Sequence record: OZ375201.1
Strand: one strand, 5' to 3'
Length of the DNA stretch: 32,000 bases
Shown: positions 7,175 to 17,244 of the stretch, piece after piece
How positions within the stretch are numbered: position 1 is the stretch's first letter
How the letters are laid out: every line of letters starts with the position of its first letter
Notes under the pieces: model-generated
Seen by the model: only the letters and a program-made list of their open reading frames with translations
Databases searched by the model: none
Told to the model about the DNA's origin: nothing
Made by a program: the position numbers and the translations under genes

Positions 7175-7822
7175 ATGACAAAAGAATCTAAAAAAAAGAT
7201 CGAAAAGAAAAAGATCTTAAAATCTGAAGAAACTTCAGGTTCTCTTTTAGAAATGACAACATTTCATAAGGGTGTTGCTGCCTTTTTAGTTTTTATCGTA
7301 TTTAGTTCAAAAGGAATCCTTATTTACAATGAAGAAATTCTAGTTGGCTTAGGCTTTACAGGATTCGTTTATTATGTTTCTAAATTTCATGGAAAAGATA
7401 TTGGAGAGTCTCTAGATGTTCGTGGAGATGGCTTCAAAATGAAGTTAGAGGAGAATGTAGAAAAGGAAAGATCTTTAATCCAAAATAGATCAAAAGCTCT
7501 TGGAAATGGTTCTACCGAATTGGACTCTGTAGAGTTTAAGGCTGGGGACGAAGACCAAAAAGCTATCCTTAGCTGGTTATATTCAGGCTGGGTTGCATCT
7601 CAAAACCTTTCTTTTAAATCTTCGTTTGGTACTAATTTTTTGAATATCGCAAAAAATGAGTCAAGAGCGGGAGGAGATGAGATTGCAGTTTGGTCAAATG
7701 GTTTCCGTGGAAAGATTTATGAGGCTGTAAAAGAGTCACATAAAGGTCAAAAAGGTCAGAGAAGTGCCCAAGAAGCATGGATTCTTGCTAGTCTATCAAC
7801 TCTTGAAAAAGCAGATCTTTAA
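7175..7822 (+). CDS. atp4: ATP synthase F0 subunit b-like (atp4/ymf39/orf25)
   Basis: SSKGILIYNEEILVGLGFTGFVYYVSKFHGKDIGESLDVRGDGF resembles the plant/protist atp4 motif (KKILIYNEE...). It lies directly after atp8. Confidence 0.75.
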   Translation: MTKESKKKIEKKKILKSEETSGSLLEMTTFHKGVAAFLVFIVFSSKGILIYNEEILVGLGFTGFVYYVSKFHGKDIGESLDVRGDGFKMKLEENVEKERSLIQNRSKALGNGSTELDSVEFKAGDEDQKAILSWLYSGWVASQNLSFKSSFGTNFLNIAKNESRAGGDEIAVWSNGFRGKIYEAVKESHKGQKGQRSAQEAWILASLSTLEKADL

Positions 7823-7875
7823 TCTTTAGAAAACCTACCAATTTTAGGTGTTCCAGCATATAAATTGTATAATAA

Positions 7876-9561
<1,686 letters not shown>

Positions 9562-9562
9562 A

Positions 9563-10741
9563 ATGAATCAAAAAGAACTAAAGAATTTTACTCTTAATTT
9601 TGGTCCCCAGCATCCGGCGGCTCACGGAGTTCTTCGTTTAGTTCTGGAGATGAATGGAGAGGTTGTTGATCGAGCAGATCCCCATATTGGCCTCCTTCAT
9701 AGAGGGACTGAAAAACTTATTGAATATAAAACATATTTACAAGCCCTTCCTTATTTTGATCGACTTGACTATGTTTCAATGATGTGCCAAGAGCACGCGT
9801 ATTCTTTGGCTGTTGAGAAACTTTTAAATGCTGAAGTTCCTTTACGAGGCCAATATATTCGTGTTCTGTTTTCAGAGATTACTCGTTTATTAAATCATCT
9901 TCTGGCTTTAACGACACATGCTATGGATGTGGGTGCCCTTACACCCTTTTTATGGGCTTTTGAAGAGCGTGAAAGGCTTATGGAGTTTTATGAGAGGGTT
10001 TCAGGTGCTCGTTTACACGCAGCTTATGTTCGTCCTGGAGGGGTTTCTCAAGATCTACCTCATTCTTTATGTGAAGACATTTATCAATTTGCTCAATCTT
10101 TTGGTTCGCGTATTGATGAAATGGAAGAACTTTTAACTGCAAACAGAATTTGGAAACAGCGTCTTGTTAACATTGGAGTCGTTACTCGAGCAGAAGCCCT
10201 TGATTGGGGCTTTACAGGAGTAATGTTACGTGGTTCCGGTGTAGCTTGGGATTTACGTAAGTCTCAACCTTATGATGTGTACGATCGTCTTGATTTCGAT
10301 GTTCCTGTAGGAACACGAGGAGATTGTTATGATCGTTACTTAATCCGTGTTGAAGAGATGCGCCAATCTCTGCGTATTATTTCTCAATGTTTAAATCAAA
10401 TCCCTGATGGTCCTTTCAAATCTGATGATTTTAAGCTTAGTCCTCCTTCGCGTACAGACATGAAGGAAAGTATGGAGGCTCTTATTCATCATTTTAAGCT
10501 TTATACAGAGGGTTTTCATGTTCCAAAGGGTGAGACTTATACCTCCGTTGAAGCCCCTAAAGGGGAATTCGGCGTATACCTTGTTGCTGATGGAACAAAC
10601 AGGCCATACCGTTGTAAAATACGTGCTCCTGGGTTCTATCACCTCCAAGGTTTAGATTTTATGAGTCGTCATCATATGTTAGCCGACGTTGTAACTATCA
10701 TCGGAACACAAGATATTGTTTTCGGTGAGGTTGATCGTTAA
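9563..10741 (+). CDS. nad7: NADH dehydrogenase subunit 7 (49-kDa, NuoD)
   Basis: 392-aa ORF with [15 protein letters not shown] and a C-terminus ending IVFGEVDR. It starts 1 nt after the cox1 stop. Confidence 0.98.
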   Translation: MNQKELKNFTLNFGPQHPAAHGVLRLVLEMNGEVVDRADPHIGLLHRGTEKLIEYKTYLQALPYFDRLDYVSMMCQEHAYSLAVEKLLNAEVPLRGQYIRVLFSEITRLLNHLLALTTHAMDVGALTPFLWAFEERERLMEFYERVSGARLHAAYVRPGGVSQDLPHSLCEDIYQFAQSFGSRIDEMEELLTANRIWKQRLVNIGVVTRAEALDWGFTGVMLRGSGVAWDLRKSQPYDVYDRLDFDVPVGTRGDCYDRYLIRVEEMRQSLRIISQCLNQIPDGPFKSDDFKLSPPSRTDMKESMEALIHHFKLYTEGFHVPKGETYTSVEAPKGEFGVYLVADGTNRPYRCKIRAPGFYHLQGLDFMSRHHMLADVVTIIGTQDIVFGEVDR

Positions 10742-10854
10742 TTTCTTTTCTTTTTTGCTTTCCTATGTAAAAGCATAAAATATTGCGTATGCTGTAAACA
10801 GAGTTTTTAATTATATATAATATATGTAATTATTCTTATTGTGGTCAATTGTAG

Positions 10855-10883
10855 CTCTGGTGTGCTCCCTTATAAGGAAAAGG
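10855..10883. repeat. dispersed repeat family A copy
   Basis: ctctggtgtgctcccttataaggaaaagg matches the copies at 2767-2802 and the reverse complement of 14844-14870. Confidence 0.8.
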
Positions 10884-10907
10884 TTTCTAACCTTTTTAGT
10901 GAGCACA

Positions 10908-10994
10908 GGGAGGGTGGCTGAGTGGTCGAAGGCGCCGGTTTGCTAAACCGGTCTACAATTTTTTGTAGCACGGGTTCGAATCCCGTTCTTCCCG
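10908..10994 (+). tRNA. trnS(gcu): tRNA-Ser (GCU), class II
   Basis: Acceptor gggaggg/tcttccc, anticodon stem-loop ccggt-ttgctaa-accgg, long variable arm, T arm acggg-ttcgaat-cccgt. Confidence 0.88.
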
Positions 10995-11053
10995 AGTACG
11001 GGATTTTGCATATTTTTGTATGTAAAAACCTAATTAGAAAAAAGTATGCTTTT

Positions 11054-11413
11054 ATGTCTCCAAAAAAATCCTCCCTTAGCTCTCTTAAATTGAAGCTTAC
11101 TTGTGGTGATCTTGGATTACTCCAGGCTTTTGAAAAAGAATTAAAACATTTTCTTGATAAAGAAGCTTCTTACACATTTTTGCGTTTCTCTGGCCAATCT
11201 CGCCTTAAAACCGTTTTACGTTCGCCTCATGTTAATAAAAAATCGAGGGAACATTTCATTTTAAAGTCGTATAAATCAGGTTATACCATTAAGGACCCTT
11301 CAAATCAGTGTGTTAAAGGCTTAATAATGCGGTTAAAGTCCTGGTCTGGGGGTGAATTTTCTCTTAGATTTTGCGAGAGATATGGTCAAAATATTGACTT
11401 CAAGGGCAATTAG
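11054..11413 (+). CDS. rps10: ribosomal protein S10
   Basis: The start was trimmed to ATG 11054, because the ORF-track start is a GTG inside trnS. LKTVLRSPHVNKKSREHF is the S10 signature. The stop TAG lies inside trnV. Confidence 0.88.
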   Translation: MSPKKSSLSSLKLKLTCGDLGLLQAFEKELKHFLDKEASYTFLRFSGQSRLKTVLRSPHVNKKSREHFILKSYKSGYTIKDPSNQCVKGLIMRLKSWSGGEFSLRFCERYGQNIDFKGN

Positions 11414-11476
11414 CTCAGTTGGTAGAGTACCTCGCTTACAACGAGAATGTCAGCGGTTCGAGTCCGTTATTGCCCA
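11404..11476 (+). tRNA. trnV(uac): tRNA-Val (UAC)
   Basis: Acceptor gggcaat/attgccc, D arm agctcagttggtagagt, anticodon loop cttacaa. Confidence 0.9.
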
Positions 11477-11496
11477 TTTAATTTTCCTTTGATCCT

Positions 11497-11568
11497 TGGA
11501 GTATAGCCAAGTGGTAAGGCATCGGTTTTTGGTATCGACATTCAAAGGTTCGAATCCTTTTACTCCAG
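11497..11568 (+). tRNA. trnQ(uug): tRNA-Gln (UUG)
   Basis: Acceptor tggagta/tactcca, anticodon stem-loop tcggt-ttttggt-atcga. Confidence 0.9.
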
Positions 11569-11664
11569 TAGATTGTATATTTATCTTGCTTCATAAGTTT
11601 ACAAATAGGCAAAATTGAAGTTATATAATAATTTTTGGTAGATATTTCAAAAAGGTAAATATAG

Positions 11665-11736
11665 GGGGGTGTAACTCAATGGTAGAGTATATGCTTTGCA
11701 AGCATGAGGTTATCGGTTCAAGTCCGATCACCTCCA
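11665..11736 (+). tRNA. trnA(ugc): tRNA-Ala (UGC)
   Basis: Acceptor gggggtg/cacctcc with the G3:U70 identity pair, anticodon loop tttgcaa. Confidence 0.92.
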
Positions 11737-11765
11737 TTTATTCGGATTATAAAATAACTATTTTT

Positions 11766-11854
11766 GGATAGATGTCTGAGTCCGGTTTAAGGTATCAGCC
11801 TTGAAAGCTGAAGGGTCCACAAAGGCCCCGGGGGTTCGAATCCCTCTCTATCCG
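11766..11854 (+). tRNA. trnS(uga): tRNA-Ser (UGA), class II
   Basis: Acceptor ggataga/tctatcc, anticodon stem-loop tcagc-cttgaaa-gctga, long variable arm. Confidence 0.9.
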
Positions 11855-11892
11855 GCCTATTTACGAACCCATACCGACCTCGTAATAGGTTT

Positions 11893-11966
11893 TGCGGGAT
11901 GGAGTAATTGGTCAACTCGTTAGGCTCATGACCTGAAGATTGTAGGTTCAAGTCCTACTCCCGCAT
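11893..11966 (+). tRNA. trnfM(cau): tRNA-Met (CAU), probable initiator type
   Basis: Acceptor tgcggga/tcccgca, D arm gagtaattggtcaactc, anticodon loop ctcatga. Overall it is very similar, as I recall it, to plant mitochondrial tRNA-fMet (..GGAATTGGTCAACTC..GGCTCATGACCTGAAGATT..). Confidence 0.8.
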
Positions 11967-12028
11967 TTAAAAGATAAAATCTTTTTAATAATATAGAGGT
12001 AAAGGTTCCTATAAAAATAATTTATTAT

Positions 12029-12745
12029 ATGAAAATTCCTTTCTTTATCCATTTTAATGAAGTTAAGTTAAGGGGTCTTTTTATTTTATTTAGTCTCTTA
12101 ATTTCCTTGTGTGTTTCTTTTCTAGACCCCACATGTGTACTTTTCATTATTATGAGACCTCTATGGCTTTCGGTACAAGCACCTTTTCTTTTTACCCATC
12201 CTTTGGAGGGTCTACACGCTTCTCTTCTAGCTCAGGTGTTTATAGGGTTTCTTTTTTCTTTTCCTCTAATTCTATACCATTTCTGGTCTTTTCTAAGTTC
12301 CAGTCTTTTAGAGTATGAAAAAAAAACTTTAACAAAAACCCTTTTGTTGTTTGTATTAATCTTCGTTTTTGGTTTTTATTCTTTCTACTTTGGTTTATTA
12401 CCTACGTTGTGTGAATTTTTTTTAAGTTATTCTTCATCTTTTGCTCTTTTAGAGCCCCGTGTTTTAGATTACCTTATATTTTTCATCAAATTCTTCACAT
12501 GCGTTATTCTTTCTTTAGTTACGCCATGCATTCTTTTTTTAGGTTGTGTTTATTTGGAGAAAGATCCAAAAGAATTGGAAGAATTAAGGTCTTGGGCTAT
12601 TCTTTTTAGTGCTCTTTTAGGAGCCTTAGTGTCACCAGCGGAAGTTACAAGTCAAATTATCCTCGGTTTTTGTTTTTATTTATTGTATGAGCTATTATTA
12701 ATAGGTTTGTGGGTTTATTGGATTAATTTAAAAAGTAAAAAATGA
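12029..12745 (+). CDS. tatC: Sec-independent protein translocase component TatC (mttB/ymf16)
   Basis: 238-aa polytopic membrane ORF. The N-terminal HFNEVKLRGLFILFS matches the TatC HLxELRxRL motif. It ends with TGA, overlapping the rps2 ATG (ATGA). Confidence 0.8.
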   Translation: MKIPFFIHFNEVKLRGLFILFSLLISLCVSFLDPTCVLFIIMRPLWLSVQAPFLFTHPLEGLHASLLAQVFIGFLFSFPLILYHFWSFLSSSLLEYEKKTLTKTLLLFVLIFVFGFYSFYFGLLPTLCEFFLSYSSSFALLEPRVLDYLIFFIKFFTCVILSLVTPCILFLGCVYLEKDPKELEELRSWAILFSALLGALVSPAEVTSQIILGFCFYLLYELLLIGLWVYWINLKSKK

Positions 12746-13416
12746 AGAAAAATAAAGATCTACTTAGGATCAGCCCCTTATCTTTTTTGAAGGTTGGTGG
12801 TCATATTGGTAATCCCGAACTACATTGGAGTCAAAAATCTTTATGCTTGGGTAGAAAACACGGGCTATGGATTTATGACGGGGATCTTATGAAAAGGAGC
12901 TTACGTATTGCTTATACATATTTACAGCATTTTATTTCTAAAAATGAGCCTATTCTTGTAGTTAGTCAAGAAGAGTCTTTAAATAAGGCTGTAAAGTTTT
13001 TTTGTGATAAGATGGGTTTTTTTCACATGCAAGAAAAATGGATGGGAGGTCTTTTAACAAACTGGTCTCAGGTAAAAAAACAGCGTAAGCATTTTTTGAA
13101 AGTAAAGGAATCTCACGGGAGCCTTTTAGAGAAAAGAAAAGATAGGCCTTATTTAAAAGTAAAATCACGGTTTTCCGGAATTGAAGAAATGCCTAAACGG
13201 CCTTGTTTGTGCATTATCTTAGATATTCAAGAAAATGAGTACGCTCTTAAAGAGGCTCTAAAGTTAAAAATTCCTGTCATGGCCTTCATAAACACAAGTG
13301 ATGATATCCGAGGGGTGAGTTTCCCTATATTTGGAGCTAATAAATCATTATTATGGGTTAGGTGGGTTTTTGAGGTTTTCTTAAGATGGGAAGAAAAAAA
13401 CAAAAGCAAAAAATGA
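12742..13416 (+). CDS. rps2: ribosomal protein S2
   Basis: LLKVGGHIGNPELHWSQKS and KWMGGLLTNW match the S2 motifs (GVHFGH, RWLGGMLTN). Confidence 0.88.
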   Translation: MKKNKDLLRISPLSFLKVGGHIGNPELHWSQKSLCLGRKHGLWIYDGDLMKRSLRIAYTYLQHFISKNEPILVVSQEESLNKAVKFFCDKMGFFHMQEKWMGGLLTNWSQVKKQRKHFLKVKESHGSLLEKRKDRPYLKVKSRFSGIEEMPKRPCLCIILDIQENEYALKEALKLKIPVMAFINTSDDIRGVSFPIFGANKSLLWVRWVFEVFLRWEEKNKSKK

Positions 13417-14003
13417 GGCGACGTAAGCTTTATAAACTATTCACAGATGCAGGTTGCGTTTTTGTAGCAGATAAAAAAAGGCAGCGTGGAATGTCTAGGG
13501 CTAAAATGAGGCACCGTAATATGCCTGGTTACCCATGGAAAGAAACTGAGGGTTTTAAGTTATTCCTTCTAAATGTAAGGATATTTAGATCTCTTTACGG
13601 TCATATGAAGAAAAAAACGTTAAGAAGATTAGCTCGTGAATCGAGTAGAGGTTCTTTCTTACGTTTAATCGAAAGTCGTGTAGATGTCCTTCTTATGCGT
13701 AGCGGGGTTATCCCTAATATATGGAAAGCAAGGCACCTCATTCATCATGGTCATGTTGAAATAAATGGGTGCAAGGTTTCTCAACCAGGGTTTGTTGCAA
13801 AACCCGGAGATATTATTCAATTAAAGCGGGGTTTTTTAAATAATCAAGTATATCCTTTAACTCAAAAGGTTTTCCGTAAGAAACCAGAGCACCTTGAAAT
13901 CGATTATGGTTCTTACCGTATCATTTATTTATATCACCCAGATAGGCTTTGGTATCCTACACGCTTTGATTATAATTACGTATGGAAAGGGCTTATAGTT
14001 TAA
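13413..14003 (+). CDS. rps4: ribosomal protein S4
   Basis: It contains the S4 RNA-binding domain RLIESRVDVLLMRSGVIPNIWKARHLIHHGHVEINGCKVSQPGFVAKPGDIIQLK. I placed the start at ATG 13413 (ATGA overlap with the rps2 stop). An upstream in-frame ATG at 13386 is the alternative. Confidence 0.85.
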   Translation: MRRRKLYKLFTDAGCVFVADKKRQRGMSRAKMRHRNMPGYPWKETEGFKLFLLNVRIFRSLYGHMKKKTLRRLARESSRGSFLRLIESRVDVLLMRSGVIPNIWKARHLIHHGHVEINGCKVSQPGFVAKPGDIIQLKRGFLNNQVYPLTQKVFRKKPEHLEIDYGSYRIIYLYHPDRLWYPTRFDYNYVWKGLIV

Positions 14004-14062
14004 TTGGTCAAAACTGACCGCTCATAACGGTCACAATGCAGGTTCAAGTCCTGCTGAGCCTA
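13989..14062 (+). tRNA. trnI(cau): tRNA-Ile (CAU, lysidine type)
   Basis: gggcttatagtttaattggtcaaaac..ccgctcataacgg.. is nearly identical in its 5' half to plant mitochondrial trnI(CAU) as I recall it. Acceptor gggctta/tgagcct. Confidence 0.85.
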
Positions 14063-14093
14063 TTTATGGTAATAAAAAAGTATTGTCCAGAGG

Positions 14094-14165
14094 TGGAATT
14101 GAACCACCGGCCCAAGGATTTTCAATCCTTTGCTCTACCACTGAGCTACCTGGACTTTTCTTAAA
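14094..14165 (-). tRNA. trnF(gaa): tRNA-Phe (GAA)
   Basis: The reverse complement is gtccaggtagctcagtggtagagcaaaggattgaaaatccttgggccggtggttcaattccacctctggaca. Anticodon loop ttgaaaa. Confidence 0.92.
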
Positions 14166-14217
14166 AGAGGGAAGATTCCCTTTAGAAAAATAAAGGTTTT
14201 TAGAAAATATTCTTTTC

Positions 14218-14697
14218 CTAGTTAGATTCCCACCAAACCACAGTGCCTCTGTTACGAGCCATCTTCTTTTGAAGTTGTAAAAGGCCGTATAAAAGAGCTT
14301 CTGCTGTAGGAGGACATCCAGGAACATAAATGTCTACAGGGACTATGCGGTCACAGCCACGTACTACAGAGTAAGAGTAATGATAATACCCTCCTCCGTT
14401 TGCGCAGCTTCCCATAGAAACAACCCATCTTGGGTCAGGCATTTGGTCATAGACTTTTCTAAGAGCAGGAGCCATTTTATTTGTTAAGGTTCCTGCAACA
14501 ATCATTACGTCGGATTGGCGTGGGCTTGGCCTGAAAATGATACCAAAACGGTCTAAATCATATCTAGCAGCCCCCGCATGCATCATTTCTACGGCACAGC
14601 AGGCTAAACCGAAGGTCATTGGCCACATCGAACCCTTTTGGGCCCAAAGAACTAGATCATCGGCTTTTGATAGTGCGTATTCAAGGTTTTTTGTCAT
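14218..14697 (-). CDS. nad10: NADH dehydrogenase subunit 10 (PSST/NuoB, 20-kDa Fe-S subunit)
   Basis: 159-aa ORF with [32 protein letters not shown] and [11 protein letters not shown], which are the N2-cluster cysteine motifs. Confidence 0.96.
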   Translation of the reverse strand: MTKNLEYALSKADDLVLWAQKGSMWPMTFGLACCAVEMMHAGAARYDLDRFGIIFRPSPRQSDVMIVAGTLTNKMAPALRKVYDQMPDPRWVVSMGSCANGGGYYHYSYSVVRGCDRIVPVDIYVPGCPPTAEALLYGLLQLQKKMARNRGTVVWWESN

Positions 14698-14766
14698 AAT
14701 ATTAAAAGGTTTTCTAAATTATAGACATAGACGCTTTGTGCTCTATGTATCCTTAAATAAAAAAAG

Positions 14767-14839
14767 GGCGAATAACGAGAATTGAACTCGTATCACCAGA
14801 GCCACAACCTGATACTTTAACCATTAAGCTATACTCGCC
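14767..14839 (-). tRNA. trnH(gug): tRNA-His (GUG) with encoded G-1
   Basis: The reverse complement ggcgagtatagcttaatggttaaagtatcaggttgtggctctgg... has anticodon loop ttgtggc. The extra 5' G lies opposite C73. Confidence 0.9.
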
Positions 14840-14843
14840 GTTC

Positions 14844-14870
14844 TTTCCTTATAAGGGTGCACACCAGGAC
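14844..14870. repeat. dispersed repeat family A copy, inverted orientation
   Basis: The reverse complement of tttccttataagggtgcacaccaggac is gtcctggtgtgcacccttataaggaaa. Confidence 0.8.
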
Positions 14871-14934
14871 CATAAAGAGGATTTAACGAGGATATAGGGT
14901 TTGGGAGTAAGCATTTAAATAAGAATTCTTCTAT

Positions 14935-15005
14935 GGTTAGATAACATAATGGCAATGTATTGGATTGCAAATCCTAGAATGGCGGTTCGATTCCGCCTCT
15001 AACCT
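14935..15005 (+). tRNA. trnC(gca): tRNA-Cys (GCA)
   Basis: Acceptor ggttaga/tctaacc, anticodon stem-loop ttgga-ttgcaaa-tccta, T arm ggcgg-ttcgatt-ccgcc. Confidence 0.9.
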
Positions 15006-15045
15006 CTCCGTGAAGGAAAGTTAATTTCTAATATTTTAAATGTTG

Positions 15046-15070
15046 AAGCTTTATAAAGCTTAAATAAAAA
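15046..15070 (+). promoter_or_regulatory. 16-nt perfect palindrome aagctttataaagctt overlapping the 15-mer aagcttaaataaaaa that is also found upstream of cox2 (function unknown)
   Basis: The palindrome spans 15046-15061. The 15-mer at 15056-15070 is identical to 31643-31657. Both 15-mers lie 15-32 nt upstream of a start codon. Confidence 0.35.
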
Positions 15071-15084
15071 AAAGAAAAAATAAG

Positions 15085-15474
15085 ATGGTATACCTTGCAA
15101 ACGTTTATCTTGAAGAAAATAAGTTCGTTTATAAAGCGCTTCAAGATATCCGAGGAATTGGAGAAGCAACTGCTCGTAGGATATGTGCACGTTGTGAAAT
15201 AGGTTTGGATATAAAAGTAAGTTCTTTAAAATACGAAGAGACTCGTGTTTTAGGAAAAGAAGTAGATAGGTTAGATAAACTAGAAACAAAGCTGTCTAGA
15301 AAAGTCCAAGAAGATATAAAGCGTTTGGTTAGGATAAAGACGTACCGAGGTCGTCGCCATACACAAAATTTACCATGCCGAGGGCAACGAACACACCGTA
15401 ACGCGCAAACGCGTAAAAGTTTTGATTGGCGAACAATAGGTTTAGGCTCATCAAGGAAAAAAAGGGCGGAATAG
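15085..15474 (+). CDS. rps13: ribosomal protein S13
   Basis: 129-aa ORF with LQDIRGIGEATARRIC, YRGRRHTQNLPCRGQRTHRNAQTRK. The stop TAG lies inside trnM. Confidence 0.93.
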   Translation: MVYLANVYLEENKFVYKALQDIRGIGEATARRICARCEIGLDIKVSSLKYEETRVLGKEVDRLDKLETKLSRKVQEDIKRLVRIKTYRGRRHTQNLPCRGQRTHRNAQTRKSFDWRTIGLGSSRKKRAE

Positions 15475-15538
15475 TTCAGATGGTCAGAACAGCAGAATCA
15501 TAATCTGGAGGTCGGGGGTTCAAGTCCCTCTTCCGCTA
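15465..15538 (+). tRNA. trnM(cau): tRNA-Met (CAU), probable elongator
   Basis: Acceptor ggcggaa/ttccgct, D arm gttcagatggtcagaac, anticodon loop atcataa. Assigned as elongator by elimination against the other two CAU tRNAs. Confidence 0.8.
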
Positions 15539-17244
15539 TAAAAGTTCTCAAAACAAGGCTAGACAAAAAAAAGAGAATGGACGTATATTAACGATAAAGA
15601 ATCAGTAGGCAATACCCGAGAATCGATTCAAGTCCAAAGGAAAACCGTAAAGAAGAAAACTTAGAGAATTGAAACATCTTAGTATCTAAGGAATAAAATC
15701 AACCGAGTCTTTGTGAGTAGTGGCGAATGAAAACAAAGTAAGAAGGCTAAGAAATTTATAAATTATTAAGTAAAACTACAGAAAGAATTGCCAGAGCGAG
15801 TGAAAGCCTCGTGGTCTAATAATATAATTTCATAAAAGTAGGGCGGTTAAAAATCTGTCTGAAAAAAGGGGGACCACCCTCTAAGCCTTAAATAATTTTT
15901 TTTGATCGATAGCGAAAAAGTACCGTGAGGGAAAGCTGAAAACTACCCTGATAAGGGATTGAAATAGAAGAAAAAATTGAGAATTGACAAACAGTAGAAA
16001 GACCTAAAAGAGGGAATTTCTACGTACTTTTTGCATAACGGATCAGCGAGTTAGTTTCTAAAACAGGCTTAAACAATAATGTGTAAGCGTAAGGAAAGTA
16101 AATAAAAGTTTTAGGAAAAAGACCCGAACCTAAGTGATCTAAGTATGAGCAGGTTGAAGCTTCATGAAAGTGAAGTGAAGGACCGAACCCACGGGCGTTG
16201 CAATGCTCGGGGAAGACTTGTGCTTAGGGGTGAAAGGCCAATCAAACTTAGATCTAGCTGGTTTTCCCCGAAATCTATTGAGGTAGAGCACTTTTTAATC
16301 ATCCTATGGGGTAGAGCACTTCATGGGTGTGGGGGGCGTAAAGCTTTACCATTTCCAAGAAAACTCCGAATACGTAAGGATGGAAAAAGAAGACAGGCTT
16401 TGGGCGCAAAGGTGCGGAGCCGAGAGGGAAAGAGCCCAGATTAATAGCTAAGGTCTTAAATCTCTTTCTAAGTGGGAAAGGAATAATATGTGCGAAGTCA
16501 ACTTCCAGGTGGGCTTAGAGGCAGCCACTCCGTAGAGGAAAGCGTAACAGCTCATTGATTTAGCCATGGTTGACCAAAAATGTAACGAGTCTCAAGAAAG
16601 AAACCGAAGCTAAAAAATTAATATTGATAGGGGAACGTTGTGTGTGCCGTTGACTATTCTTTTGAAAAAGAAACAAGAGGTCTCACAAGTGACTATGCTG
16701 ATATGAGTAACGAAAAATCGTGTGAAATGCACGTTCACTGAAACTTCAAGGTTTTCTACGTTAGGTGAATCTGCGTAGAGTTAAACGGCCCCTAAGAGAA
16801 TGCCGAAAGGATAACTCGATGGGAAATTCTTTTGAAAGATTGGTGATAGATTTTATTGTTCTTTGTTGGAGAAAAAACAAAAAAGATTGAATCAACAGGA
16901 AAAACCAAAAGAAAAAGACCGTACTATAAACCGCCACTGGTGAAGGAGTAGAAATCTACTAAAGTGATCGAAAGAACCATTCTTAAGGAACTCGGCAAAA
17001 TGACCCCGTAACTTAGGAAGAAGGGGGACCTGTTAAATCTATAAGGTTTAAAGGTGGCACGAAATCGGGGGTAGCAACTGTTTAACAAAAACACAAGACT
17101 TTGCTAAGTCTCAAGACGACGTATAAGGTCTGACACCTGCCCGGTGCTGCAAGCTAAAAGGGAAAAGTGAAGGATCTTTTTAGATCTGGAGCTTGGAACT
17201 GATTGTTCAGTAAACGGCGGTCGTAACTCTAACGATCCTAAGGT

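Noticed and set aside
10922-11053. N-terminal 44 codons of the ORF-track version of rps10
   Set aside because: The GTG start lies inside trnS(GCU), and the first ~24 codons are tRNA sequence. I trimmed rps10 to ATG 11054.
12743-12745. Possibility of a deviant genetic code (TGA read as Trp)
   Set aside because: TGA terminates tatC and rps2 at sensible positions. All conserved genes are full length under the standard code, and trnW has anticodon CCA.
14064-14327. 87-aa minus-strand ORF overlapping trnF and the 3' end of nad10
   Set aside because: It is out of frame with nad10, includes tRNA-Phe sequence, and shows no recognisable similarity.
14999-15289. 96-aa minus-strand ORF antisense to rps13; also similar nested or antisense ORFs inside nad1, nad7, nad9, nad4, rps2, rps12, tatC, atp8 and the intron ORF
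   Set aside because: Each is fully contained in, or antisense to, a strongly conserved gene and has a low-complexity or hydrophobic mirror composition. They are typical shadow ORFs.
16145-16444. 99-aa ORF; also the 96-aa minus-strand ORF at 18151-18441
   Set aside because: Both lie within conserved LSU rRNA sequence, so they are chance ORFs in the more G+C-rich rRNA.
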